Source of the DNA: Paramecium tetraurelia
Taxonomy: Eukaryota
Reading direction: 5' to 3'
DNA: 64,000 nucleotides
Assembly: GCA_000165425.1 (NCBI GenBank)
Contig: CT868096.1
Coordinates: 248,001-312,000, forward strand
Shown here: piece by piece, positions 26,001-40,107 of the stretch
Layout: each line of letters opens with the position of its first letter
How positions within the stretch are numbered: the first letter of the stretch is position 1
Notes under the pieces: model-generated
Told to the model about the DNA's origin: nothing
The model's database searches: none
What the model saw: the letters and a program-made list of their open reading frames with translations, nothing else
Position numbers and translations under genes: made by a program

Positions 26001-28083
26001 GTAATTAATAATTGGATGCAGATGGCCTCAGATATGATAAACGATATCCCAAGATTAAAGAATATCATTATGATATAAAAACTAAAGCCTTTTCTTGAAT
26101 ATCTAGAATAGTTACAACCTTAAGAATTTAAGATGTCCAAATCTGCCTAATAACAATAATAATAACAATAACAACAATAATTACAATAATAATAAACTAA
26201 CCAGCTCTTTAATTAGTAGTAAAACTAAATCTTATAAACCTAATCTAACATTAAAAAGAAAGCACAAAAGTCTATAAATAAATTAAAAAATAAATCTTAA
26301 GAAGAATCATAACCTACTTATGATCAAGAAAGTCAATCATTAAAACATTCTAAACGAGTAAAGTAAGTCTCCAAGTTAATGAGAGATGATAATATTGCAT
26401 TTTATGATGCCAATGTTCCATTAGGAAAAGCCTTTAGATCTTCACCCAATGAATGCATCAATTCCGATCCTGTTATGCAAGCATTAAAAAAGCCAATCAT
26501 ATAAAAAAGAGGCTATAAAAAAGGGTTCAATAGAAAGGCATCTCCTAATTTGGAAGTGGAATGCAATAGTTCTAATTTTTTAGATTAAGTAAAAAACTCA
26601 TCTTAGGAACTATTGAATCTTTACAGTTAGGATGAGATCTACTGCACATGTAGATAAGGAGGGGAATCAGCCATAACAGAATTCTAAATCTTAAAAAGTC
26701 TACATGAAAAAAATGTTGAGCAATTCTTCAATTATCATACAAAATTACAATAGCAAGTTAAATTTATGATATTTTGTGACAACTGTGAAGAGTGGTATCA
26801 TTATGAATGTATGGGCATTAAGAAATAGAGAGAATAGAATTAGGATAAATACAATTGCAGAAGTAATTTTAATATATCATATTAGTTTGCCTTAAGAAAA
26901 ACAACATCCCATTTTTAATCCTAAATGAGAATCTGTGGGAATAATACATTGATTTAGGAAGTGATCTATATGAAGATTATTAAAAACATAAATTACAATT
27001 TGAAAAAAATATACTTCCTAATTCAGGAGAATACATTTATGGTCAATTTTTATTGCCAACGACTGAAGAGTTCAAGGAGTTTGTTAGAATTGGCTAAAAA
27101 TTACCTGCATAATTGGTTGAACTAGAATTGCTTGAATTATTGGAATAGAGAGTTGATGAATGGACAATAAGATATGAAGACCATAAAAATCTTGATCTTC
27201 CCCAATTGATTGCTCTCTATTCTGAAAGTGAATGGTTACCAATTCAATTACCATAATCCAAAAATTTATTATCTCTTATAAGTCAAAGAGAATTTTTGAA
27301 TACTGCAAATGAATTGCTACAAAGCAAAGCTACATTCAAGACCAAACAATTAAAAAAATAACAATAAGAGAAAACAGAATAATTATATTTATATATCAAA
27401 GATAAATATCCAGAATAACTCTCTGAAATTGATCATTAGATTGTAAACACAATTCAAATGTTAAGAGTTTAAGCTGAACTTAATAACTAACTATAGCAAC
27501 AATTAAAATAGTAATTAACCTTTGAATAGTATGAACAATTGGCAAACCAATTTGAAAAAGAAGTTAAACATCATATACTACAAACGGATATCAAGTTTTC
27601 ACTTCCAAAATTAAATGAACTGAGATAACAAATTACTAAACTTCAATAATGGAATGCTGAAATTTTGGCTATTTTCAAAGATATTGACGATATTTATACA
27701 TCAAATGTATATTTTTTTCTTTATTTTTAAGTTAAATTCTTAGTATCAGGATACTAAACCTAATTTATCAGAGATACAAGTAAAACTAAAGGAGTACGAA
27801 ATGATTTCAATTAAAGTTCCCAACTAATGTCATGAGTTTGTAAAAGCACTTTAAGCTAAAGCAGAAGAGTTAATATATAATATTGAATAAAACTTATCAT
27901 AATTATCTTAAGACGAATAGTTTGAATTAGTTAAAACTGTGTATTTATTAAAGTGCAGAATACCTCAATTTAAGGAATTGCTATTAAACAAGTACTACTT
28001 TTCTAAATTTTTATAGGATTCATAAAGATGTGCAAATGAGAGTTGTTTAATGGTTGCCTCCACAAAAACCTGGACTTTATTGA
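23055..28083 (+). CDS. Chromatin protein: ELM2-like domain, PLU-1-like helical repeats and PHD finger (KDM5-related scaffold lacking JmjC)
   Basis: ELM2-like IIVDEKCQAIVPD...IDDYLLFA...NERALMFLKSMDYNIIKAK; PLU-1-like KVQLKILANYNQEYKLLPIEI...MTLSQA...VTCDDFDYFNEL; PHD IYCTCR...MIFCDNCEEWYHYEC...YNCR; post-PHD LPTTEEF...QKLPAQLVELELL...RVDEW. Confidence 0.82.
26148..26195 (+). repeat. (TAA/CAA)n poly-glutamine tract (Q11-L-Q4) inside the PHD-protein gene
   Basis: taa taa caa taa taa taa caa taa caa caa taa tta caa taa taa taa, in frame with the CDS. Confidence 0.85.
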
Positions 28084-28630
28084 TTATTAGTTATTATTTA
28101 TCATCTAATTTTCATAATTTTCGATAAATAATTATTAACAATATTTATTATAAGAATTTAATAAATAATTTTCATCAATTTATAAACATGATAAGTTTAA
28201 ATATAAATTATTATTGTAAAATACGACATACGAAAGAAATATTTCTTGGTGGATATCAGCAGCTCTTTTTTTTGTGGATATTGCATATTTAAATAGGCTA
28301 CACATAGATTATTTATTAGACTTGGACATTCTATTTAAAAGCAAACTGATTCCTTTTTGAAGGCGATCTATTTAATTCTATAATGATAAATACTTTCTTT
28401 TGAATGTATTAAAATGAATTGGGAGGATTCTTACTTGAGAATTCATCTAAATCAAAAATATCTTATTCATTATGATTTCAATAACTTGTATATTTCAGTA
28501 GTAGATTATTCTATAAAATTCAGATTGTGGACTATGTATAAGAATTATCTATAAAGTCTAATTAAAAATAGATTTAAGAATTTAAATTAGAATCCTAATA
28601 AATGAAGATAATAATTTTTACATTTTTTAA

Positions 28631-29242
28631 ATGATGCAAGAAATAAATCTAAGTCAGAATAATTCCAATGATCAAAAGGTTCTGTTAATTATAGACAAAA
28701 AAAATTTAGAACCTGTTCTAAATTTCATCGAAAAATTGAATGAAATTAGTTCATAGAAATCTGACGCTGCTACCTTAAAGAGGAGAGTAGTGCCATTTTT
28801 TATGAATTAATTTTATCATTGGTCTGTGAATAGAAAACTAACATAAGTAGTCATTTACTTGAAATACCTCAAAACCAAAAAATAATCTTAACAAAAGAAG
28901 TTTGAACTTGGTGACCTTAAAGAGCTTTTCAACAATCAAGACTTTTCTAATCCTGATTTAGAATTATATAGGAATCATGCTAGAGAGTCATGGAAAGTGT
29001 TTCTAAAGGATTTTGCAGCCTTATCTGTATAAAGAAATCAAAAGATAAAGTGTGGTGTAACTAAATAAAACTATCTTAATTACATTCCAATCTTAATCGA
29101 AGAATTGGATTAGATGTTCCCCTATGATAAATTGCTGTCTAAGTACAAGCTGCCCTCTGCTAACCCTGAAATGATAAATACTGACGATATGATTTAGCTC
29201 GACAGTGATCCCCTGTATTCGACGATTAAAGAAATCGTTTGA
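28631..29242 (+). CDS. Hypothetical protein
   Basis: Intronless 203-aa code-6 ORF MMQEINLSQNNSNDQKVLLII...LKRRVVPFFMNQFYHW...IKEIV*. Confidence 0.75.
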
Positions 29243-30016
29243 TAAATATATTCATGTTTATTCATATCTTTAATATATTCAAAAACAATGCATGGAGAAT
29301 TCATATAGAATCCATAATCATTTTTTCAGCTGTATATAATAAATCATTAAATTATAAAATTTATGATTCAATTCAAATTAAGGAAATATCAATAAAACAT
29401 TTGATAATTTGATATAATAGGGCTTGAGAATTCTTGTTAACCCTTCCATAATAGCATACTAATCATTTTCTAATGACTATATTAAATAAATTCAGTATCT
29501 CTGTAAGATAAATATCTAACAGAAATTCATTATTTATTGGTAGATAGAAATAAGAAATAATTTCATCATCTAATGTATTATCGTAATCAAATATAACAAA
29601 TAGTGGAATGATTATTTATTAAGTAAAACTTGATTATGTCTTATGATGAAATAACAAATGGATGAGACAAATACTTTTGCTCCTATTAAATTTCATTGTG
29701 TTTTTTGTGGAAAAAATGAAATTTTGCATGAATCTTTATATAATATTGCATATTGTACTACTTAAATTGAATTTGTTTTATCAATTTTCTATAAAAAATT
29801 AGTTATTCTATTAATTTAAATGCATTAATTGTTTTTCTTTATTATTGAGAACATTAATTACATAATAATAATGTAATACTGCCCAATAGTAAGCAAAACA
29901 ACAATGCATTTAATATTAATAATAATATTCAGAGCTTGTTCTAGTTCATCCATTTTTGTTTATTCTTTATTAAATTAAATTTTGATATTGATATTTTTTA
30001 TATATATATATCACTT

Positions 30017-31387
<1,371 letters not shown>

Positions 31388-31673
31388 TTTATAATATTAA
31401 GGCAACTATTAGAGCTTCTATAATAAAACACAATAGATTTATAAAGATTAGATCGTGAATTCTTTCCAAGAATCGGTTTAATTTATAATTCGAAATTTGA
31501 ATTATTTCAGTTGAGTTTAAATAAATATAGTTTAGTAATGAGATATTTTCGATCGCTATTACAACTAAGTGTAATTGAATTGTTTAAACTCAGATTTAAT
31601 ATTGATATTATTATAAATAGTTTAAATCTAATATATACTTTATAATACCATTCTACAATGAATTAATTAAATA

Positions 31674-33494
31674 ATGGGAAATTTTTCGGCTTAATGTTTT
31701 GCTGATGAACCAGAAGAAAGGAATGAAATGTAGATTAGGTTAAACTAATAAAAGAGTGACTACTCTCAAAATGTGTCAGTACAGAATATCAAAAAAGATT
31801 ATGAGACAAACCTTTTCTAATAAGATTAAAATGAGATAGGTGGAATAAAGAAAGCAAATTAAGATTGTTTATTTTGTCGGAATCATTACTCCTAATTAGT
31901 CCTTGAGGAGAATTCAGAACAATTAGTTTACCCTTCAAATAGATGGCAAGAAATGAGAAAGCATTCTTCCCAAATTTATCAAGTAAAAGAATCAAATGTG
32001 TTTACTGACCCTTTGGCTCTGCTTCAGAATGATCCAATATCCTAGTATACATCTGAATGGTTCTAATTAGCCTTATCATTACCAAAATATATCAAATCTA
32101 GAGAACATTTTGACGGTCTTCCAGAATAATAATAGTTTGATTTCCTTAATTCTACATTAGATTAGCATGACCTTCATTCTCTTATATGTTTGAAATGGTG
32201 TGTTGTTGATTTTTTTAGATAAAAGAATTCTTTGTTTCCAACAAACCATTTTTTGGAAAGTTGTTGCGTAATATTTTATAATATTGCTCATTTGTGTCAA
32301 TTTTATAATGAATTATTTATGGAAAATTACAGAGAAAACTAGTATACTCATAACATAAGACTTTATATTAAGTTATATCACCAATTTTAGAGATTGATGA
32401 ACACTTTTTAGAATTCATATGATTTATAATTTGATATAATGTAGATGAAGTATGAGAAACAATTTAATAAATAAAAAGATGGTTCTAATTTCTATCCTCA
32501 TTTTAAATTAATTGGATATATGATTCGTTTTTGGTGTTAAATCACATTAACAATAGATGTGCAAAATATTCTAAAATTGAGTTATAGAAATCTAAATATT
32601 GAAGATGATAAAGATCTAATATAACAATATGTAATCGCTGCTTTAGATGTAGACATAGATGAATATAATGTGCATTGGATTGGCCATAGAGAACATTTTA
32701 GTATTGAGAAAACCTTATTAGATTATAACATTATTGAGTAACTAGTAGAAAAACAATCAATTACTAATTAAGATTTCTATTAGTAAATAGATGAAAAGTT
32801 GGATCAGTTGAGATTGCTATATCCCCAATGGTTTTTTGAAGTGGAGTTTGAATGTTTGGGAATTTAACATAAAATCGCTAGATTGGTTTCAGATGTTAAA
32901 TCTTAAAATTCATCTGAAATTGCTAAACTCAAGAAAACAGATGATACTGAAAATTTAGAGAATTACGGGAATTGTTAATTTGAAATTATTTTGAATTCTG
33001 CCAACACTCTAAAATAGGAGAATTCTGAAGATAAAGAAGTTGAGCTCATGGCATTATACATATAAGAGTCAAACTTAATGCCTAGATCCAAATTTAGATA
33101 GTCTTGCTCTTATCAATCGACAGTTACATCATTTGGTTTTAAATAAAAAGGATTTAATTATTCTACATAGAGCATTTTGAAGGCTAGTTAAGAAGCTCTG
33201 TAGATTAGTAAAGAGATTGGAATGCAATATAAGTAGAAACTCACTGAGTTTAATGATCGATTACAAAGAGTCTAAGATAATATCAGTTCTAGAGAGCAAA
33301 TCTTAGAGGAAAGAGCCGATCAATTTAAAATCCCTAGAGATGTCAACGTTGAATGGTTGAACTTCTTTAAGAAAACAGATTTCAATAAGATCCTGGTTGA
33401 TAAAAAACCATTTAAAAAGTTGGTCAAAAACATACTGCAAGAATTAGTATCTTCTAATTTAAACTACGAATCTCAATTAATTTAATTCTAATGA
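31674..33494 (+). CDS. Hypothetical protein, possible N-myristoylation, helical (weakly cullin-repeat-like) core
   Basis: MGNFSAQC start; ~600-codon code-6 ORF; helical segment RLYIKLYHQFQRLM...YMIRFW...IQQYVIAALDVDIDEYNVHWIGH. Confidence 0.7.
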
Positions 33495-33625
33495 TTTATC
33501 ACTTTAAATATTTATATGAATTATGTTATTATTCTATAAGATCAGATGAGTTGTAGATTTAGAATAAAAATGTAGTCATCAAACACTATTAAATTGATAA
33601 TAAATTTATTGTATATATTAATTAC

Positions 33626-35032
33626 ATGTTTGGTTGGTTCAAAAAGAAGAAGCCAGAATCGAATTCAGCTTAGCAAGAAGAAAAAGATGAAAGCGATTTT
33701 GTTGATGTATTTATATATTATGAATTATTTTAGGATGAAACATAAGTTGTTACAAATGAAGATAAAGAATTGGAGGCCAAAGGCTTTGATCCAATAGCTC
33801 AAGTGCAAGAATAAGACAAAGAAAACGAAGGAATTGCAGATCCTGATAAATTAGAATATGTTGGATACCATGACATTCCAAGTGATGAAATCCTATAATT
33901 GGTGCTCAATTTTAAATATTTTCCAAATGATGAAGACATTCGTCATCCAGAGGGATATGAAAAGGGAGGAAGAATTTGTGCAGATAAGAATGTAGTAACA
34001 AAAGCAAGAAGTGTTGGAAAGGAAATGGTCAAATAAATAGGAAAGAAAATATTGTCAGGATCTTTAAATCTTACTAAAGTAAGTTTCCCTATCAGAGTCA
34101 TGATCCCTAAGACTGCCTTAGAAACATCTGTTCATGGAAGTACTACTCTTTTATTATCAATTAGCCTCGGTTTTCCCATTGTACATAACAAAAGCCACAA
34201 TGACACCAGATTTCTTAGAAAGATTCAAACTTGTTATTACAGCCACCTTATCCTCGTTTTTCTGGACGAATACCTTTCTAAAACCTGTATTTTACTTCTT
34301 CTACCAAAGCTTAATCCAATCCTAGGAGAGACCCTTCAGGCCAATTATAACGATGGAACTTAAGTGTATTGTGAATAAATTATGCATCATCCTCCAGTCA
34401 GTTACTTCTTGGTCCTTGGTCCAAATAAAAAATATAAATATTATGGATACTATCTAGTTGAAGGCAGAGCTGGATTAAACTCTGTTACTGTATTTTCTAT
34501 TTTATAATTTAGATTATCAATAAAGGCAAAAGAACAATTGAATTTAATGATGGATAGAAAATTGATTTCGATTTCCCTAATGAATTGTATAGTGGCACAT
34601 TTTTTGGTTAGTTAAGACAGGAGTCCATAAATAAAATAACTTTCACTGACAAAGCCAACGGTCTTTCATGCATCATTGACATAGGCAAAGTGAAGAAAAG
34701 GTAAACCTTATTCATATTAAAGAACATCTGATTTCTTTTAAGCTGATGTTAATTGTAAGGGTCAAAAGATTTCAACAGTATTTGGAACATACATTGGTTT
34801 CATTAATTTTGATAACGTGAGATATTGGGATTATAGATATGTCGTTCCTCATAAAATTAAAATGGATAAACAGCCATTAGAGAGCGATCACAAAAATAGA
34901 TCAGATCTTTAGGCTTTGAGGGTTGGTGACATTCCATTAGCACAAAAAAATAAGGAGATATTAGAAAATATTCAAAGAAATGATAGGAAATAAAGAGAAA
35001 CATTTGAAAAGCAAAGGAAATCAAAGAAGTGA
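33626..35032 (+). CDS. Oxysterol-binding protein family lipid-transfer protein (short, ORD only)
   Basis: NLTKVSFPIRV; LKPLNPILGETL; signature EQIMHHPP; several short introns. Confidence 0.92.
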
Positions 35033-35840
35033 ACTTAAATTTATGTTTAAAATATAATGTTATAAAAATGCTTTTCTATATTTTGTAATTGATCAAAAAG
35101 TTTAGTTTGTTTGTAACTAACACTAACTGTAAGAATCTTAGTTATATTATTACACAGAAATGTAGAAAAAATATTATTCCTAAAAAATTAATTTTAATTT
35201 TAAAAATATATATCTAAATAATTTTAAATTGAATAAATGTGTCTTAAATTTATGAGTTGGCAGTTTTTAGATATGTAATCTCATCTTTAAGAAATGTAAA
35301 AGGGAAATATAAACTATACTATTTCACAAATTAGCTAAAACGTATAATAAGTATTGTAAACTATTTATCAATTAAAGTAATAATTTTAAAATTCTATAAT
35401 TAATATAATATTTCGTTATGATCAGAAAAATTATTATACTTTTATTTTTAAATGTAAATATATTAAAAATTCATTGTTAACTAAATTAATTAACTTGCCA
35501 AAACGATTGAATTAAATAGAAATCCAACAATTATTATTTTGATTAATTTGTAATAAATGGGTCAAGCTTTGGAAATTAGTATTTTAAATGTCTACCCAGA
35601 ATAACAAATAGGGATTTAGTACTTAAAAGTTCAAATGATTTTATATTTGATATATTTTGCAACAATTATTTTTCTTTATATTTATTTAGTTCTTATGAAT
35701 TTGAGAAACAATCCATAAATAATTTGAATTAAAATTGAGTAAAAGATATATTAGTTCTCATAACTTGAAAACGACTTAAATATAATTCTTATACAGCAAC
35801 AATTTATAATTAATATTATTTTGAAGGAAAATAGAAAATA

Positions 35841-37152
35841 ATGAATCTGCCCTCGGATGATTAATCAAGTAAATCAATGAAATCGAGGAAATCAATCGCT
35901 TAAATAGGAAAAACAGTTTCAGGAGAGTATTCACCAGAGAAGAAAAAGTAAATTTAATAAAAAATATACCTGATTCTGAATGATTACGAATGCAATAGGC
36001 TAGTACGATAATGAATATTGTAGGCATTTTTCTTATCAATTTTATCTATCTTTATAATCTCACTTGATATTATATTACTGATTTTAGAAACTGAAAAGGA
36101 ATTAGGAATTATTGATATCTGGGTAGCTGCAAATTCAGGAGTAAGTGGCTATTTTGTAGTTGAATATGCTTTTAGAGCAGCAACTTATAATGCTTTTGAG
36201 GAATCTTTGATCGAATTTTTTAAAAGTAATTTTGTAACTAATAAAGAACCTTTTAATCTAGTTGATATTCTAGCATTGGTGTATTCTATAATTGAATAAA
36301 TACTGTATCTTATTGACGTATAAGTTGATCCTAGAATAAAAGTATTGAGAATGCTAATCGTACTTCGCTTGATTAGAATCTTTAAATTTTCAACTTTCTC
36401 CTTGGGAGTAAAGGTATATGATTGATAAGTAGAGTAGATATTAATACGAGGATTATCAGAAAGTATGTAAGCACTCTCATTGCTTCTATTTTTCACAATG
36501 ATATGTATTGATTTATACAAATTACTGAGGTGTGATATTGATATCTAGTTTTATGTACTTTGCAGAAAAGGAGTTTGTTGATGATAGTTAAATCTAAAAT
36601 ATACCTTAAGCGATATGGTGGGCAATCATAACAATAACAACTGTTGGCTATGGAGACTATGTACCTAAATCTTTGCTGGGAAAATTTATAGGAGTGCTGA
36701 GTCTAATCTTTGGAGTGTTATTACTTTCCCTTCCTGTAGCGATTATTGGAAATAAATTCTAAGAGATTTATTTATAAAATAAGAAGGAGGAAACCAAAAA
36801 AGCTAGAAAGAATGCAAAGGTTAAGATGAATAATTAAAAATTAGACTCACTACAATTAAATTTAGAATTAGAATGAAAAAGAAATATACAGAATTATATT
36901 AAAACTAAATGAATTGGAGTAAGTAAATGAAAGAATTGAGCAATGTTTGAAGGATAATCAATTTCTATATAGAAGTAATTATGACATGTCATATCTATAG
37001 GTATTTCTAGAGATGCTTAGAGCATGATTGATAAGATTGAAATCAATAGGGAAAATGGTAAGAGCAAGAGTAAGCAGAAGGAAAGGATGAGTACCCAAGA
37101 AAGAATTATAAAAATTAGAGAGGAAATTCTAAATCGTAGAAAAAATCAATGA
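35841..37152 (+). CDS. Six-TM voltage-gated potassium channel (Kv-like, no T1 or CNBD seen)
   Basis: S4 [16 protein letters not shown]; pore [20 protein letters not shown]6 [16 protein letters not shown]; start codon uncertain. Confidence 0.9.
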
Positions 37153-37198
37153 ATTTTGATTACATTTATTTTTAATTTGTTTATATTGATAAAATTCA

Positions 37199-38553
37199 TC
37201 AAGGATTATTCTGAGGTGTGTCTTGGGAATTCTAATTTTATTTCTTCTTATTTGGCACTGATATGAAGGCTTCATTGTACAATATTTATAACTTTTCTTA
37301 CCTAGAAGAAGCTTGAATCTAAGCCTCTTGTTCATTCTGATCAGCATCGTACTCAGAATCATCATCACAGGTGAAAATCTTGGTGTATCTTGTATCTGTT
37401 CTGGTATCTCCAGGTTTGATAAAATGTCCTCTGAATTTCCTGTATTCCTTCTCATTCTTGTTATTAGCTTTACCAGAATTGATTTTGGCATAAACCTTTT
37501 AGCAATGCTTAGGGATGAAATCGAATTGTAGATTATTGAGTTCAATCCTTTTATTTTATCTTTAATCATCTACTTCTGAAGGATCAACACTACATTATGA
37601 ACTCTTTGGTTTTGATTTTCTAGTGCTTGATTTAAGCAATAAGGAAAACTCCTCTTCTTAGATTTATGTTAATGTGCATTCATTAAACCATTAATATTTT
37701 TAGCTCCAATCATTCTCCAAGATCAGATTCTTATATACTAATGTTTCCTTGTTCTTTTTAATGTTTCTGAGCACCAAAGGATGAGATACCATTGTATCAT
37801 TAGTACATTGTTCCACACTGATTTTTCTGAGTATATCCAAATATTCTACATAAAACATCAACTTCCTGTATTAGTTTCTGTTGATTACTTTCATGTACGA
37901 TTGATATCTATCCACTCTGTCCGCTTAAAATACTCGAGCATGCATTAGATATAATCTTTCACATATCTCTGATGCTTCTATTAATTATTAACAAAGATAT
38001 TGTTCAAATGGATCCAATCCTTTATTCTTCTGTTTAAATCCCTCAGAATTCAAAGTGTCTTTTGCTCTAAGCAATATATATATGCTCAAATGTGATAATT
38101 TTAATCTGAACTCTGCATCTTTTTTTCCACATCTCCTATGTTTCCTCTCCTTTGCAAATACTTCATCAATCGATTGAATTGCTTGTTTTATGTGTTGTGA
38201 AGATATTCTACAAAATCTTCCCTTGTATAATCTAAAAATCAATTTCTACTTAAATACTTAATTCCTGTTAATTAATAGAAATCGTTTAACCCCTATCTTT
38301 TGACTCCTCTAGATTTGATGTCACTTTCTATCAGTTAGATTTGTTATTCTTTTGTAAAATTCTCTGAATATCCTGTTAATTATTCCCAACGATATCGAAG
38401 TGTATTGGCTTTCTATACTTTTTCCCCTGTTTGCAATTCAAATTTCCTTGCTACCTAAGTCCAGCTTGTGCAATTCTTGCCTCCAAAAGCATCCACTATG
38501 GCCAGAAACTCCTTGTCAAATTTCTGATCTTGTTTATGGTACCTTGAACTCAT
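37199..38553 (-). CDS. Myb/SANT-like domain protein
   Basis: DKEFLAIVDAFGGKNCTSWTQVARKF...LRYRWEQL followed by FTKEQQIQLI (second degenerate repeat); ends ...DTPQNNP*. Confidence 0.7.
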
Positions 38554-38649
38554 TTACAATTAAAATTCTAATTAAACTAAGCCATTTTTTATCAATTAAA
38601 AAATCCTATACAGCCAAATTTTATAAACCAAAAATTAATTAATCCTAAT

Positions 38650-39600
38650 TAATTACTTTGCAACGATTGTAAACTTGTGCTCAGATACTGATGTAATCTT
38701 AGTATTAATCGCAGGAACAAAAATAACAAGGCTTTCTATAGTATTAACTATCACAAATGTGTAAAAAATAATTTTTATTATATACCCAATAAAAATGTAT
38801 GAATAAAATTCATCATTTCTAATCCAAGAGAGTAGTTCCATTCGTATTGAATAGTTCCTTTACTTTAATGTAGTTGGATGTAATTTCTCTATTCTTTGTG
38901 ATTGCTCCTTCAATTCATTGTATTATTTGATAACTTTTTCGTTTCCAAATTTTAAAAATGATTATTTATTTAAGTGTTTCAATCTTATTCTTAATGAAAC
39001 ATGTTAAGAATGTATAAACTACTCTATTTAGCAATCTAATATAATTGAATATTGAGTTGGATGGCTTTCTGATTCATGATACTTTATGGTTTCTATCTAT
39101 ATTGCTTTGGATAAAAAGTATTTAATATTATGTTGACCAGAGTAAGTATAATGTCTAATGATAATTATATTTATAAATTCTCTGTTTCTTTTGAATAGAT
39201 CTAAAATTGATTGGATATTAAATGCTCATTCCTATTACTGTTATTTGAATGAATATCATGATTTAAGTTTCAATCATTTAAGTTGCAAATAATTTATCAC
39301 TTCAAATACTTTTATTATCTTCTAGACTGGAAGCAGTTTCGGAAAAAAAACGTCAAATTTAATTGTTGTTTATAATTTATATTCCTATATAGATCATAGC
39401 ATCACCTAAATGATTAAATAATTAATTTAATAAGATTTGATCAAGTATTTCAATTAGTTTTTCAATATCTAGATTGCATTGTATGATGAACTAGTTTAAG
39501 TTGTATTAAAAAATAACTTTTTTCTTATACTATTCAACTTGCTAGTATCTCTTAATAGATATTAAGTATTTCAAATCATGTTGCCAAAAATCATCCAACT
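38650..39600 (-). pseudogene. Possible decayed gene remnant
   Basis: Coding-like pieces (EKVIKQYNELKEQSQRIEKLHP...) without a consistent start, stop and splice structure. Confidence 0.3.
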
Positions 39601-40107
39601 CTAAATATTACAAATTTTTTATTCAAGTAATCAATGATTGACGTTTTCCTTTTAAAGCTTAATGGAAATGTTCTAATAATTTGGATATATATGAAAATTA
39701 TCTTTAAATATATAAGCAAATTAATTTTATTGATTATTATTCTCAGTTACAATCACAATTATTATCTTTCTGACCTTTTCATAATAATTTCCATGAAATA
39801 TAATGTATTTATATTGTTATAAACGAGCAACCTGCTTATCATGTTTGTTTTTTCGTCAAGTTTTAGCTCTAATATAAATGAGTTCAAGAAAACAATTGAA
39901 TAGGAGAAATCTTAATAACAAATAAAAACCAACCAAGTACTTATCTCAAATCCGTTTCATCTTTTAATAAATACTATTATATAATTTATTAACATAATAG
40001 CTTTTAAATGAACCATTATGTACAAATTAAGTTGATGTTTTAAAAACTATAAATTTAGAATTAAGCTATAAATTGATAAAGATAATAAATGAGAAAATTT
40101 AATGTAA

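Noticed and set aside
26148..26195. TAA/CAA microsatellite as a non-coding repeat or array
   Set aside because: It is an in-frame poly-Gln tract under code 6.
37129..37569. 146-aa stop-free ORF in the supplied track, suggesting an overlapping gene
   Set aside because: It is a shifted frame over the 3' end of the Myb-like gene; the code-6 frame ending at 37199 continues the upstream CDS with more natural composition.
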